From NCBI GenBank assembly GCA_013115125.1, contig JABANN010000120.1:1-64000 (forward strand): DNA of 64,000 bases. The letters run 5' to 3'. The notes under the pieces are model-generated. The model searched no databases, had not been told where the DNA came from, and was given only the letters and a program-made list of their open reading frames with translations. Within the stretch, counting starts at the first letter, position 1. Each line of letters begins with the position of its first letter. The stretch is from Perkinsus olseni (taxonomy: Eukaryota). Position numbers and translations under genes: made by a program. Below are positions 1-14,135 of the stretch, piece by piece.

Positions 1-240
1 CGCAACTACTCTGTCATCATTCATCAATGGCCAATAACGAGTTGCGCAACAACAGTCGGGATATCTCTACAACGTCTTCAGAGCAAGAATGTTGCAACTA
101 TTCTCGTTTGCTCCCTAGAACTCATCCAACGCAACGATCATCGGATTCTTTGCGGAGCCGCATAACATAGAGAACGGAATGATGACAACATTACTATGAC
201 AGTGTAGTGCAAGATACCTAGAGCAGCTTGGGAGAGATGG

Positions 241-1140
241 TTACTTTACAGGATCGAGTGGTTGGTATGAAACGCCATCTCGATCCTCAACTTTCCGCTT
301 TCTGTTACTCGTGTTGGGCGATCGCGACGGCCGAGCATCCTCGGGGATGTCCATGGCACCCACGCAACGTAACACGGCGAAGGTCCATTTGTCGAGACTC
401 CGCCAAGTTGAGTCGTCGAGGCAGCACTCAGCCAGCCGCTGCAAACCGTTCTCCGGTGGCACGGGGAGAGATGTCAGATAACGAGACATCCAGTTCCGTC
501 GCTTCACTGCATCATCGGTATCAGAGGCCTTGTCACGGCGAGATGCCCCGTCCTCAATAGCCTCTACGAGGAGCTCTCGTACTCGTAACCAGTACCTGTG
601 ACAAGTGACGGATACTAAGATCTCGTTCCGATCATTTCCACTGCTATCAGCTGGCCTTGATGCCCAATCAATTGTCAAAACAGCAGAATCGTCATTGTGA
701 GAGCAGCTGACTGCGAACCAAGAGCACTCACGTCTCGGGGCATCTCACACCCACAGCCAGCAGTTCCAAGCACCCACGTTTCCGCTCTCGAGCTGCTTCG
801 CTTTCTTCCGCATTCGCGTCGAAACACTCTAATAAGAAACGACTTCAAATCATCCGACGGCGCCGAACCTCGCGACTCACTTCGAAATTTCTCCTTATCT
901 TCTTCCGTGCATGCACTCTCTTCGGCCTTCCCCGATGGCTGTGGTGTCTTCAGTATGGGTGAAGATGTCCCAACTGTGGATGCACGTCGGACTCCGGCTG
1001 AAATAGGGACTTCACAGGCTTCCAGAACAATGATAGCGGTAATTCAGCCCACCTCCGGTGACATCCGGTTTTGTCCCGTCAGCTGGCGACACCTCAGAGG
1101 CATGCCTCGATGGCCCTTCTTCCGCAGGAGGCATTGACGC
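241..1140 (-). CDS. Hypothetical protein, probable 3' exons of a multi-exon gene
   Basis: Open, protein-like minus frame at 241-678 ending in a basic NLS-like RKRK and a stop; further open frame upstream (EEDKEKFRSESRG...). No recognisable domain. Confidence 0.3.
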
Positions 1141-1575
1141 TGGCATGCTAACTGACAACACAACCCCGAGTATTCCATCGGAGCTTACCAAAACAGCATA
1201 TCCGAAACCTCACCCTCGCAAGACGCGAGTGGTTCGTTACTACTGCCTCCTGAGTCGACATTGCAAGGAGGCTGTGAAAGCGTTTAATTACAACACGATC
1301 GACCTAATGTCGCAAGATCGATACTGGTGGCGTCAGAAGCGCTGGGAGATGAGGTCGCACAAACCGTAACGTCTTTCCTATCCCACACCACCACCGGTGC
1401 AGCATTTCTGCTCATCGAGGCAGGGACCGACTGAAGAACTCAATAAGCCATCTAAGATTGAGAAGCATCTTCATTCTATTTGCATGCTGCAGGTAGTGGT
1501 GGAGAATGGTACAATAACAACTACTGACGTGACCGGAAGTCCGTCGCTGCATCATAATGAATAGGTATCTTATCC

Positions 1576-4514
1576 TCATACACGTCGTATGTACGGGTCA
1601 TTGGCAGCCTCGATGACATCAGGCCGCAGTTGACGGTCGTAGATTAGTAGCCGTTGGATGAAGCTCTGAAGCGAAAACTTCGCGAGGAAAAGAGATGCAT
1701 CGGCCATCGACCTTGGCTTCCTTCGAGACTCGGCCACTCTGTGGGAACTCCACGCCATGAGCGTTTTTGATGGTGCCAGCTCTTATGAGATGGTCCTGGC
1801 TGATTCCGTGGCCTGAAGTGGCGATAGAGGGAACACCTCTTGCTTGGTTGAGCCTTGCGATTAGGTTGGGCAGAGGCCCGAGCACTCGAGTAGATGACCT
1901 TACCAAACGGCTTCCGTGCAAAAAGCAGTTCGTAGAAGATCACTCCGCAGCTCCATACATCCACCTTGTTGCTGATCTTGGCGGCTGAGGTGTCGAAACA
2001 TTCCGGAGGCAAATACCAGTACCTATTCAACGACGACAATAATATTCAGAGCGGGGCGGCGGCTGGGGCTACGTCCCCGTCCCAAGGGAAGTAAGTTCCA
2101 CCGTATCATGATTTTGGTGTTGATCGACCTGCTTCGACAGACCGAAGTCCGTTATCTTGATGTTCCCTTCATAGTACCTGCAATACCTGCTGCTCACCGA
2201 GAGGAGGCCCAGGGGTTCAACTACTGACATAAGATTTCCAGGCTTCAAGTCGTAGTGAATTATCTTATGACCAGCGCTGTTCATGTACCTGCCCACGAGC
2301 TGCATTGAGCCTCCGATTTGATCCGGCGGAGGTCACCGTAGGCCGCTGAAGACCTGCACCATGATCCCTCTGGCCTCCTTCTCCGGTATCGGACCATGGG
2401 CCTTGAGGTAGGTGTCAAGGTCGACACCCTCACAGAACCTCAATGAGGAGCAGCAGAAATACTCGTCTAACCGCGAGCAACGATACTCACTCGAGGACGG
2501 TGCCAAACGAATGGCAGTCAATGGGGAAGTAGTCGTAGAGCTGTATGATACGGCGATGCTTCAGCCGCTTGTGGATGCCGTATCTTAGGTTGACGCGAGG
2601 TCCCGGCAGAATCCGTCGAAGATATCCACTCACTCTCGCCAGGTGTGCCTCACATAAGCCTCGCGTGCTATCTCGGTCATGTCCGGGCGAATCTGATGGA
2701 TCTTCACAGCGACGTAACTGCGAATTGACAGCCCAATTCGAGAGCCGGGCCTCCCATGCTTGGAATAGTCTCAGCCAAGCCGTCGAGGAGGTGGTAGTGA
2801 TTGGAGCCTTAGGACCTGTGCGTCTCCAAGTCGTATGCTTTGAAGACCTCCGAGAAGCCCCCCTTTCCGATCATGGTCATGAGCTGATACCTGACCCGCC
2901 ACCACTACACGTGGGAGCCTACAGAAGTATAAAAGCAGTAGGGGTGCTAACCTCCCCGGCAGTAGCCCGTCCGTGCTCTTCCCCAGGCAGGGATAGTTGC
3001 CAAAGGCACTCTGCTCATGGGAGTTACACGTCCTCAGCTCCTTATTAAAGAGCGTTCGCTCGGCATGCAGCCTATTCTCACGGTCCGCAAGGTCTGCTTC
3101 TGTCTGCAAGAAGACGACAACATGGCCACTCGACCATACGACAGCTTCCACCAACCACCTTCTTCAGCGTCATCTCCATCATCTGTATGTTCTCCTTAGC
3201 CTCATGAATCTGGTACTCCGCCTCGTCTGTGGGCAGCATCTAATTCTGCACGTAGCAGCCGCTACGGAGATCGTGGAGAAATCTCACATCCGCCGGGCCC
3301 AGGATCTTAGTATTGGTGTCCTCGTCCTGGATGACAGCCGAGGATTCCGGCACAGCCGCGGCAGCAGCAGCGGCCCCCTCAGCATTGGCCCTAGCCCTGC
3401 GTATCCTCAGAAGCCTGGTGACACGGGTCATTGGGTGATCGATGGGCCTCGGATCCTACTTTCTATACTGGGCCTTCTCCTCATCTAGTTGAGCCTTGAA
3501 CGACTGCATTCTTTTATGTGCGTCCAGGATACTTCTCTCCTCCGAGCCACCCTTCCAGTGATGGCCCGTGGCGCTGAGCATAACGAGCACTCGTTGCGAC
3601 GGGCTCCACGCCCGGGGGCGGCGGACCTCCTCGTAGAGGGCATCAGCTTGCCCAAACGCTCCGCCTGTTGCTGCAGCTGCTTCTTATTCTCCAGGTGCAT
3701 TCGCCTGAAGAAGAAGAACAACAGACTGAAGACGGCCGGTGGAGCCACCACCTACTGAGACATCTGCTTGAGTATCTCCCGCATATTCGCCGCTGCTCGC
3801 TTGAGGGTATCTTTGAACTCCTTGACTTCTTGTATGTGCCTTTGAAAGAGCGGCATCAAATCAGCTTAGCAACAGACGCCTCCGTTACAAGTATTCTCCC
3901 CTACCTCTCTCGCTCCCCCATAAGGCTCTCATTGAAGGATTGGCAGTCAAGCAGTTCCCTTCTCAACCTGCCAGCGTACGACCGTCCCCACCAATCACAA
4001 CACCCGAGGCCCACTTCTGAACATCCAGTGAGAGATCCTCCGAGCCCTTGGAGTCCGAGGCCTCTGCGCTGTCGCTGCACTCTGTCCACGGAAACTCCAC
4101 CAACTCCATGGCTGGGGAGCTCGGGGCCGTCTGAAGCAGGAGCTCTCCTGAAGGGACCGAGACCCGGGCGTTACACCGCTAGTGCTGTTGGGCTTCGACA
4201 CAGGCGCCAAGTACTTTCTGATCGAGTGCGAACCTGACAAGCGGCCTTAATGCTCCAAACACGAGCATCACTACTACCACTCGTCTTATTCCGTGGGCTC
4301 GTCCGACCACGCTTCGACGGCTGGTCTCTCTGAAGCGACTTAGCCTGTTCAGAGATGGCGCGAACGACCCTACCCGTACGGGAGTGAAGTTCTTCCGCTT
4401 CCGCCATGTATGCTCGCTCTTCACATTAGCCACAGTCCTCCGTCCCCGCACGCTATTCTCATCTGCAACCTCTTCCGCAGCGGCGGCCATCTTCGAGGTT
4501 TGAGCAGCTTCCAT
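1576..4514 (-). CDS. TLK: Tousled-like serine/threonine kinase (multi-exon)
   Basis: Exons give [100 protein letters not shown] and [12 protein letters not shown], all typical of TLK. An N-terminal coiled coil precedes the kinase domain. Short GT-AG introns; ends approximate. Confidence 0.92.
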
Positions 4515-5301
4515 TGAGAAATGTAATATGCCCACCTTGCACAGGGGCCCTGGACCGACCGACAAACCTCAATGATCGGTTCCAACTCAACTCTTCCCAG
4601 TTTCGCCCAGTGAGATCGAGCTTGGGATTGACCGGACCCGAATGGCCATTAGACCCCATGCAGTCGGCAGGGAGGCTGCTCCTACGGTGCAGGCGGGTGT
4701 GAAGACGAGTCGCTCAGTGAGTCCTACAAAGTTTGCTACCGCAGCCTATGTGTAGCGAGGCCGCAACCCCCGCAGGGATCCTCCTAAATGGAGCCCGCGA
4801 TGGCCCGAGCGCCTGCGGACTAACACTCCGTTATTTGCTTCTGCGCGTGGGCCACAAGATGATAATAAAACTTTCCGACGTGATTCACCGACCAATCGGC
4901 CAGTGCTGAGAGTACAACCTCCAACGCAGTTAGAGATGGGAGAAGAGCAGAGAGAGTGTAACATTCGGCGACTGACGACCGACGCGAAGGGAAATCACAG
5001 CGGAATCCGAGCCCGAGTGGACACAGTGCGCTACACCGCAGCAACACCGTTATCTCAACAGCACTTGGCCGGAGTTTCCTTGACACTGCGGATCTTGGCG
5101 TGGGCGAAAAATACGTCTACGCACGCTTTGTTAGTCTTCGAGAAGCTGCCGGCCAACAGGCTGAGAAGATAGTGCTGATAAACACCACTGAAGATCCAGA
5201 CAAAACTGAATGGACCAGTCCGTCGGACTTAACGAAGAGAATTCATAAAAGGGTATGACCAACTGCAACTCCGTACAGCAGAAGGCATTGGAAACACATT
5301 A

Positions 5302-7778
5302 CTAGTCAGCGCTGTGCATATCTTCATCTTCACCCTTCTGAGCATCATCATCGCCAGCAGATGGCTCGGAGGAGCCCTCCTTCTTATACTTCCTCTCGAG
5401 AGCCTCACAAAGGCACTCGAATGCTGAAGGGCTTCATACTGCGCTGTGAGTTTGATGGAAAACTTACGATCCGGATTAGTGTCCAGCACTGCGGCATCCA
5501 ACTCGAGAGCTTGGAACAGGGCAAGGACGTTCTCCGAGTAACTGAGTATCGGTCGCAAGATCTCGCTCAGATAGGGCTGAGAACTCACGGTAAAGCTAGT
5601 CTCAGATTTCGTCATGGTATCTTTTCTCGACCATAAGCTATTACGAGCCTATCATAAGAGGGCGCACAGCCGCTGCTCTATGCAGGGAACTGGTGAGAAC
5701 CGTGGGTACTGTAGAGACGTAGGCTGACTACGAAATCCAGGGCATATCCTATAGCCACGCATCGCACTACGAAGATTCTTTGCGCAGCCGTGCAACTTGT
5801 ACAGCAGCCACTCCTCCTCTACCAACGAGCATGTATACTACATCGCCTCGTCCATACGGGCCATGGCCTGCTGCAGCTGGGCGCTTGTGATGGTATCCTC
5901 GAGGTTGTGGCCCTTGGGAATCTGCTCCTGCAACTCCTTGCTACCTGGATAGAAATAGGGACTCCACGCCGGAAACGACATCAGTGATAACAATCGTAAC
6001 CGCGCCGGGCGGCGAGGACGTTTCGTTCGGAATCCCCAAGCCAGGTAAGATCGTGCGGAACTATCGCGTGAATGGGGAAAATAATGCCAGCTGCGCACTG
6101 GCTTCCATTCCCTAGACTACTCCACTTTCTATCTGCTCTATCTCGTTCACTATGAGCCCGGTCTACCCTTGTCGAGTTCTGCTACTACTTTCCCTACAGC
6201 AAGACAGTGTAGCTGACTACGGAAGAGATCAACCGAGAGAGTCTACTGGAGAAGCCATGACCGGTAAGGCCGAACCAAAGACTCAGTATTATCCTGACTC
6301 TCGGACCACCACAATAATGTACTCCCTGCGATACACACAGCCCTCGGCCCTACTACCTTCCGGATCCTCGGCTAGTTTCATCAGTACCTCACGCGGCAAT
6401 ACGTTACGCAGGGGTGTAGGGTGAATCTGAAATAATAAATACAGTACCTTGCTCAGGAGAACTCCTCCAGTGACAATCGCTTCCACAGCTGTCGTTCTTG
6501 TCTCTACTACTACCCTAGGCCGTGCCCTCACTCCAGCTTCCTCTAGCTGATGAGCCAGGATCCAGAAGGCTGCCGCCTGGGCAAATCTAACACGGAGCAT
6601 GGCGGACCAGACCGTAGATGGGCTTACTGTTCCTCTGTGGGCCTGAAGCCATCCGGCTCCGCCACGACTCTATCAATCACACCAGAGGCGGCCTGTTGGG
6701 CCGATGAGGAGGTGGACCTGAACCACCACCGCTATGACTCGAGAGTCGGGAAAAAGCTACCACCTCGAAGGGAATGGAGCGCTTGTGGGCGGCGGTGGCG
6801 CGGCGTCTGAAAATATCCGAGCTGCGAGGTCGAGAGGGTATCCTTTCGATAGCACCTTCCATGACGGTGTCCTGGTCCGGCTCACTCTGCGCTCTATCGA
6901 GGGCCTTATTGAATTTAACCACCAGACGCGGCTCATCAGTGTCGTCCTCAGCTTGCATCCAGTACCTAACAGCCACCTTGATGTAGGTAGCGCGCCCTCC
7001 CGGCCGCATTACAGATGCCGCTGGTCTTTGACTCGGAGGACGTAGACACGACCGGTTGTACACTGCGGTACGGGTTCCAATCTGGATGGAAAAAGCCGCG
7101 CTATGGATCGTGATCGGGCGTATCGGAAATTTCACTAAATATTGTGGTTTCTAAGGTAGTAGGTTGCATGGAGAGCGTTACGGGATAGCAGTAGTGCGTC
7201 ACTGTGTAGGGCGCGTGCAGCCCGGAGAGCACCACCGAGCTGTCATCATCATCCCAAGCCTTCTGGTATTAAACCAACAAAGTCCCTCTAAGATCATAAA
7301 GTTAGTCCCAACTATTTAGCAGGTCAGAGTCTCGTTCGTTGACAGAATTGATCCGGCGAGCCGCTCCGACAACTAAGAACGGCCACGCACGACCCATAGG
7401 ATCAACGGAGAAATATCAATCTGGCAATGGGAGCGAAATCAAGGATACCACCCGGGCTTACTTATCGCCTTTGTCGGCCACGAAAGATTCCTCAGGTGCT
7501 GTTGAGTCAACGTCATTACCATCAGACCTAAGAACGAGTATAACTCGCACTACGAAGATCTTAGATACTACCGCAAAACAAACTCGACGCGCATACAGCC
7601 ATCATCACACTCAACCAGGCGAAGCATCCCACGGCGGTCATCGGGGGTCACCTGAAGCAAAAATGAACAACAACAGAAGCAGCGACCGGCAGCTCACCGT
7701 TCGGCCTTCTCTGTTCATCTTGCCGGCCAGAAGGTGCACTACTTCTCGCGTAACTTTGTAGGCCCTGGGAGCAGCCAT
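5302..7778 (-). CDS. RPN13: Proteasomal ubiquitin receptor Rpn13/ADRM1 (PRU domain plus UCH-binding domain), multi-exon
   Basis: Joined exons: MAAPRAYKVTREVVHLLAGKMNREGRT / VTPDDRRGMLRLVECDDG / TTGRVYVLRVKDQR / YWMQAEDDTDEPRLVVKFNKAL (PRU motifs). Then QIPKGHNLEDTITSAQLQQAMARMDE (DEUBAD-like) and an acidic tail KGEDEDMHSAD*. Confidence 0.85.
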
Positions 7779-7849
7779 CTTACCACACAACTGTGCTAAT
7801 GGAGAAGTAGTGGGTGTAGGACTAGGGCGTTACCAAGCATCTCCGATGA

Positions 7850-9520
7850 TCGTGATGGTCTATCTTCATTAAGGCCTGTTCTAAGCCCCCTTATTATGGT
7901 CCCTATGGGTTTGGTCGAAGCAGCTACTACCACTTCCATCGGAGGCCTAGCCGACGGACCACTATGATTCCCAACAGCGAAGTTGGTGTACAGCAACTGA
8001 GCGCATCATGAACAGTACCATGTAGTCCCAGTCAATCGAGAGCGGGAAAAATGCGAGGTGTCGGACTCGAACCTTCGCGGATAAAATGCGGAGGGTTCTG
8101 CAGGAGTTTGTAGCTTACAAGGGGATCAGATTACTCATCGTTAATCGAGCTAGATCGTAGTAGAACTCCTCTGTCGACGAATAGTCTCGTTGTAGTGAAG
8201 AACACATCTACGGAAAGTGCTTCTTCCAAGCCCCAATGCAGGCCCCTTAGGATACGCCTCGTCCGGCCTTCGACGGACACCTCTCTTGAACGTCATACAG
8301 GTCACCGTCAGTTTGTCTTCATAATATGTCATCAACCATCCCACAGGGAACAGCACCAACATCGTCCTCGAAGCGACATACAGTGTCCTTCTGGTCAATG
8401 CTATGCCGAGGAGTTCTTCCCAGCGAGATTTTGGATTTGTTTTCGGGCCGAAGATGCTTCGAGGAGGTCGTCGTTGATGCGTACATCATCATAAGAGATG
8501 TAGCCCAGCCTGAGTTGCTAGGCCCCTACCATCCCCTTGCCATCTGCTTCAGTTCCTGAGCTCCGATACTTCCTTGACTGAGGTTATGGCCAAGTGGGCT
8601 ATTTCGGTAAGGGCCATTTGGGTAGCACCAAAAAAACTTTCGTAGCGTGTTTTCCCTGCGAGGGGGTGTTCGACTTGCGCGTATCTTTTGTACTTGTAGT
8701 TGCCATGCTTCAACATAAGATTCCTCAGGTAATCTCGATTTCCATATACTGGTGTTACTCGATATTCTACTGGCTATCCTATTGGCTGAAATTCTGGGTA
8801 TCTTTGCTGGTTATGCTCATACCACAATTTTCACAACTCCTGGACCTAATTCAAGACGTGATCGAGACTTTTATTCTCGAATGGATCATATCAGGAGGGC
8901 CGGCCGAAGGTAATAGGTCGTTCACAAATCCCGTCCTAGGCCTCCGATTTTCCCTCGAATCCGGACCTCGGACTTGAGGCTGTTATTGCTCTCGGAAGAG
9001 TGTTCATTCAACAACACAGTTTGTCAGATACCGAGTCCTATCGTCCAGGCGTTCTGCTTGTAACCATGGACCCGGGGAACTCTCCCCTAGCCCGTGCTTT
9101 GCGTGAGACATCTTTGAGGAAACGAGTACATCTACGGGGAATATCCACGGCATCGTCTCCTCGTCTGCAACAGTGCTGCGATGGTAATTATGGGCGTGGT
9201 CCGGTATCATTTTGGATCATCGCGATCGCGCTGGGTAAATCGGTTGGGAGAAGCCACTTTTACCTTGGAATTGTCTATCTCATGGTAGCCTTTCCTGTGT
9301 CGTATCAAGAAGCCTTTCCTCGGAATTTTTTCTCTGCCAGTATCTCGGACTGTGTGTCCGTAAACGGAAAAACGATTCGTAAATTCTCATGTAACCGTCG
9401 TGATGCGTACGAAGTGCGGTTCTGATACGTGATCAGCGCTCCTCTTCAGCGAGGTCTTCGCTTCTTTCGTCTCTTGCATGAGAGCGGCGGTTTTTACTGA
9501 CACTCGCTTCATGGCTGGAA
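7850..9520 (-). mobile_element. Decayed Ty3/gypsy-like LTR retrotransposon remnant (gag-pol fragments)
   Basis: Minus-strand fragments in pol order with stops and frameshifts: CENCGM zinc-knuckle relic (~8815-8838); ELKQMA..G..PSNSGWAT RT start (~8500-8560); SIDQKD (~8385-8402); MVDDIL* (8319-8339); RNase H-like EVVVAASTKPIGTII (~7893-7937). LTRs not identified. Confidence 0.6.
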
Positions 9521-11004
9521 TAACAGGGTAACAGTAACTGCACTGTGAACTTACTAGTAGGAAAGGGCTTTCGCATTATTAAAGTTAAGGCCCGCTGAGA
9601 AAACCATCATGCTTTCCTCAGATATTGACCTCATAATGGTAGATTGTATGTACAACACGTCGGCTCATGAGGAGCCTGTAAAGCTGCCCCCGACCGCCGC
9701 CAAAGCCGCCCGATGCAAATTTGTCATGTCTAATATTGAGGAAGTCATAACGTGAGTACTCGGAGCAGGGCTTCTCGCTGGTCACCCTGGGTTGCCGCTT
9801 TGCTCTGTAAGGCAATCGGAGCACTTCGTATGAGATGATTAGGGCCTCTTCAACCTGTGGGGGCCCTGGATGATGAATTTCACGGCTGGTTTCCGAGATC
9901 TGTCTATGCTTACTAGAATGCTTCTTTCCTCTCCCTCAGATTAGCATCATCCTTCCCACCAGCTATGCTATTACCTCGAATAATGTTTGTCTGCGATGAT
10001 GAGTCGGCCCTATACGTCTCCGCTGGCCTCACCCTCGTCAGGGCTACCCTTGGCCCACGTGCGGAGTTGGAATGCTGCACTTATGGATCTCTTAAACAGA
10101 AGTTGTAATTTTGAGATCATCGTAGCTTAAGCACGAGTGTTGCTCTACCGCTAGGCCCCTCCCTTACTCCTACAAGCGTGCTGTGAGGCGAGTTCGGTCG
10201 GAGAGGCGTGACAGTGGTAGTAGAACGCCCAGAGGCGAGCTGGATTCCGAGGGGACATGGACCACTGAGAGCTATTCTGGGTAATACAGACTCTTCCGCT
10301 GACTCGAGCGGCATGGCAGGGTGCCATTCCATATTCTCCCTACTTTGGTCGATACGCGCAGATCAGCCTCTGTCCGGACAGTAGCAGACGATATTAGTCG
10401 ACCGGTTCCTCCTTCGTACCAGCGATTTTGACTCTCTCCGCTCACCCTTCTCGCCTTGGTTCGGCACAGGCATGCGTGGGAGTGTTTGCATTACTCAGGC
10501 GCGATACACCGACATCTATGGCCGCCTCCCTTGCCACTGAAACTGCTCTAACACTCACCGCAGATCGCCTCGATGACCACATGCAGGAGGAACTCCCGTC
10601 CCTGCAGATCCGCAGTAGAGACGATGGCTCCTTCGAGACAGGGAGGAAGGATACGGCCAGCTTGTCGAGCCCAAGCACATCTTCATCGTCACCAAATCGT
10701 GACGATTTAACCCAGCTATAATCGTCTGAACAGGGAAATTGATGGATCGGCAACGCAGCCGCGGATTCCTGGTTGCGGAAATACGGGTGCGCAGGTTCAA
10801 TTCTTGGCAGCGGCATCATTTGCTGTTGATAGTGTCGGCATTCCTTTTTGAGTACCCCTTGTCATCACCGACAGCGTCGCTCCATAGGCGGACTACAGTG
10901 TGATTTAACATTACTTCCCGTCTATGAATTAGTGAAGGGATGGTATTGCGCTTTATCGGGTGGGATTGCACTAGGGGAAGTTTTTTAGTAGCAGATTGCT
11001 GTCC

Positions 11005-12345
11005 ATGGCATCCACGACGGAGTCCCCGGTCTACTCGCCTCCGTCCGCCTCGGGTTCGATGAAAGCTGAGCACGACGAGAAGAAATGCTCCAACCTTCAC
11101 GCGATTGTGAATGTCATCCTGGCGGCTATTGGTAGGTTGCCGACGGAGCGAAGCGTTTCATCTTTGTAATTTTCAGGATTAGGGGTGGTATCACTGCCAA
11201 GTATAATAGCAAGATGTGGCTGGGTGGGAGGGATACTCCTATTGCTGGCCGCGGCCTTAGTGACCGACTACCTCATTTGCAAGCTCAATACAGCTGTCAA
11301 CATACATCCCTCGGGAACCCCGATACACACCTACGAGCAGCTCGGCAGGGTCTGCTTCGGGAGAGTGGGACAGATCGTCGTAGTTGCTGTCGTCCATCTC
11401 ACAATGACGGGAGTGTGCTCAGCTATGCTACTTCTACTAGGGCAAAATACTGAGAAGATGCTGCCGCAGCTATCGGTTAAGGTATGGACGTGCATTTGGG
11501 CAGCTCTATGCACTCCCTTGTCCTGGCTGAGGTCCTTCAAAGAGATCTCCTACGTGTCGGCCGTGGGCCTCATCGGCATCCTAGGTGTCTTCGTCATCAT
11601 CGCCGCCCGAGGCATCGACCATGGGGCCAATCGTGGTGACGAAGTACAGCACGATGTGATTCGCCCCGATCTCCTCATGTGGACGGTTTCCTTCGGCAAC
11701 GCTGTTCTGTCTTATCAGATAGCGAACGTTACCCCAACCCTTATACGAGATATGAGAACCCCTGCCTCTTTCCCAAAGGTTGTCTCTCTCGGTCTCCTTA
11801 TCGTCTTTATGGTCTACGTCGGGCTGGGCGCCAGCGGCTACTACGGTTACGGCAGAAGTCTTATAGATGACCCGATTATCAACAGCATCGCCCCTGCTGG
11901 TTCAACACTTGATGCCTGGGGGTATGCTCTGGTCGTGGCCATCTTAGTAATGTGCTTCCCGCACTATCTGGTCATGCTACTACCGATAGTAGCCTCTATC
12001 GAGTACGCTTTTCATGTTGATGTTATGGACACCTCGTGGAGAAGCTTCACTAAGAGGATTGTCCTTCGTACTCTCTTTGTCGGCTTTACGTTGATCGTCG
12101 CTATCGCTGTCCCGAGTGTTGAGAAATTGGTGGACTTACTGGGCGTCTTCACGATGGTCATAATCGCTATGCTGCTGCCAGCAATCCTCTATTGCCGTAT
12201 GAGAATGCTTAATGAAGTTTCATTGAAGAAGATTTTTACAAACCACCCGCTAGAAATGCTCGTATTGACTTTTCTGACACTTCTAGCTGTGGTCATCATG
12301 GTCGTCGGTGGTTATGCAGCGATAGACAGCTTTCAAAGCCCCTGA
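11005..12345 (+). CDS. Amino acid transporter (Aa_trans/AAAP family), copy 1
   Basis: Exon 1 ends KCSNLHAIVNVILAAIG; one intron (~11132-11176); exon 2 begins LGVVSLPS..CGWVGG and has TYEQLG, LSWLRSFKEISY and about 10 hydrophobic helices. Confidence 0.92.
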
Positions 12346-12702
12346 TTATTTTTATGCCCTCCTCATGTAGCATTCATGTTCGGGCGGATCCCCATCTTTC
12401 CTTTCATCTCTTGACGCTTTCCGCGCCTTTTTCGCTGATTTCTGGCTCACAGCAGCCAACTATTCCGGGGGTTCTGCGGCTTATCGGACGGCTTCTCAGA
12501 AGGAGGGCGGCGCCGCGGTCCCCATGGCCATAGAATTTTTGATAACCTCAATACCATCATCTTCACGGCCTTCAAAACGCTACTTTTTTCTTCTACAGAA
12601 GCTATCCGTATTGCGTTCGAGTCGGACGAGGTGACCATCTTGTTTAATGCGGCCTCTCCTTCCGCTCACCCGTGGTTGGTAGTTTCTCTTTACTCGGCCC
12701 TA

Positions 12703-14135
12703 ATGAGCCAGGTAAGTCGATCTCATTCGGAACCGTGTACATCCTCAGTGGGTGAGGATTCCATTGACCACAAGGTCAGCTGCGATCTAAGCGAAGACTC
12801 TGGTGCGGGGAAGTGCTCCAATCTCCGATCCATTTTGAATATCATCCTTACAGCCATCGGTAATAGGGGGCAGTGGCGCAGCGGTTAGCGTCTCCGTCTG
12901 TATCGTAGTTGGTTGTAGGTTCGATTCTGGGGGTTTCTACACCACTTCTATTTCGCGTTGTATTGTATTATTCAGGTTTGGGCGTCATCACCCTCCCAAC
13001 CGTTATGGCGAAGTGTGGCTGGATCGGAGGGGTTATTGTCCTCTTCTTCGGTGCCGCCTTGTCGGACTACATGGTCTGCAACCTCTACCGGGCCGTCACG
13101 AATCACCCCAAAGGAGATCCGATCAACACCTACGAGGAGCTCGGCAGAGTTTGCTTCGGCCGTGCTGGACAGATCATCACCGCCCTTATTGTGCACGTCA
13201 CGATGATCGGTGTTTGTGCCACCCTCCTTCTCCTTCTGGGCCAGAATACCCAGAAGTTGGCACCACAGCTCTCGGTGACTGTCTGGTGCGTCATCTGGGC
13301 GGCTCTATGCACTCCCCTCTCCTGGATACGGTCTCTCAAGGACATGTCCTATGTAGCTCTCGTAGGCCTCCTCGGTATCATAGCTCTCTTCATTATCATT
13401 GCCGCTAACGGAGTCGAGCATGGTGTTACTACCGATGAGGAGATCGAGTACGATCTCATCAGCAGCGACCCGCTCAACTGGGCCATCTCTTTCGGCAACG
13501 CGGTGCTGTCCTACCAGATCGCCAGCGCTACTCCCAACGTACTCCGTGAAATGAAGACGCCGGCGGCCTTCCCTAAGGTGGCCTCCATCAGCTTCTTTAT
13601 AGTGTTCTCGATCTACGTGGGTGTCGGTGCTTGCGGCTATTACGGATATGGTCGAAGCCTAATAGAAGTACCTATCCTTGATAGCATCGCTCCGTCGAAT
13701 CTACCGCTCGATGCTTGGGGTTATGCCCTGGTCATCTCGATGCTTGCACTGGCCTTCCCCCATTATCTGGTTCTCCTCATGCCGATCGCTGCTTCTCTCG
13801 AAGCCGCCGTGAAGGTAGACGTTAAGAGCTCGTCAAAGCGCGACTTCCTTAAGAGGGCTGTGGCACGGACTATACTGGTCGTCATAACCCTCGTCATTGC
13901 CATCACGGTGCCCAGCGTGAACAATCTCATAGACCTCATGGGTGTGTTTACAGTGATCGCCATGGCTGCCATCCTACCTGCTCTGTTCTATGTGAGGATG
14001 AAGGTTCTCAACCAAGGCTCCTTCATGGCTGTGATAAAGTCTAACTGGATCGAAATGTCTATTATCCTCTTTCTTACCCTCCTCTGCCTGCTGCTCATGG
14101 GTGCAGGAGGCTACGTGGCTATCGTCAACTTCTAA
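12703..14135 (+). CDS. Amino acid transporter (Aa_trans/AAAP family), copy 2
   Basis: KCSNLRSILNIILTAIG, intron 12860-12975, then LGVITLPTVMAKCGWIGG; multi-TM ORF to the stop at 14135. Confidence 0.93.
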
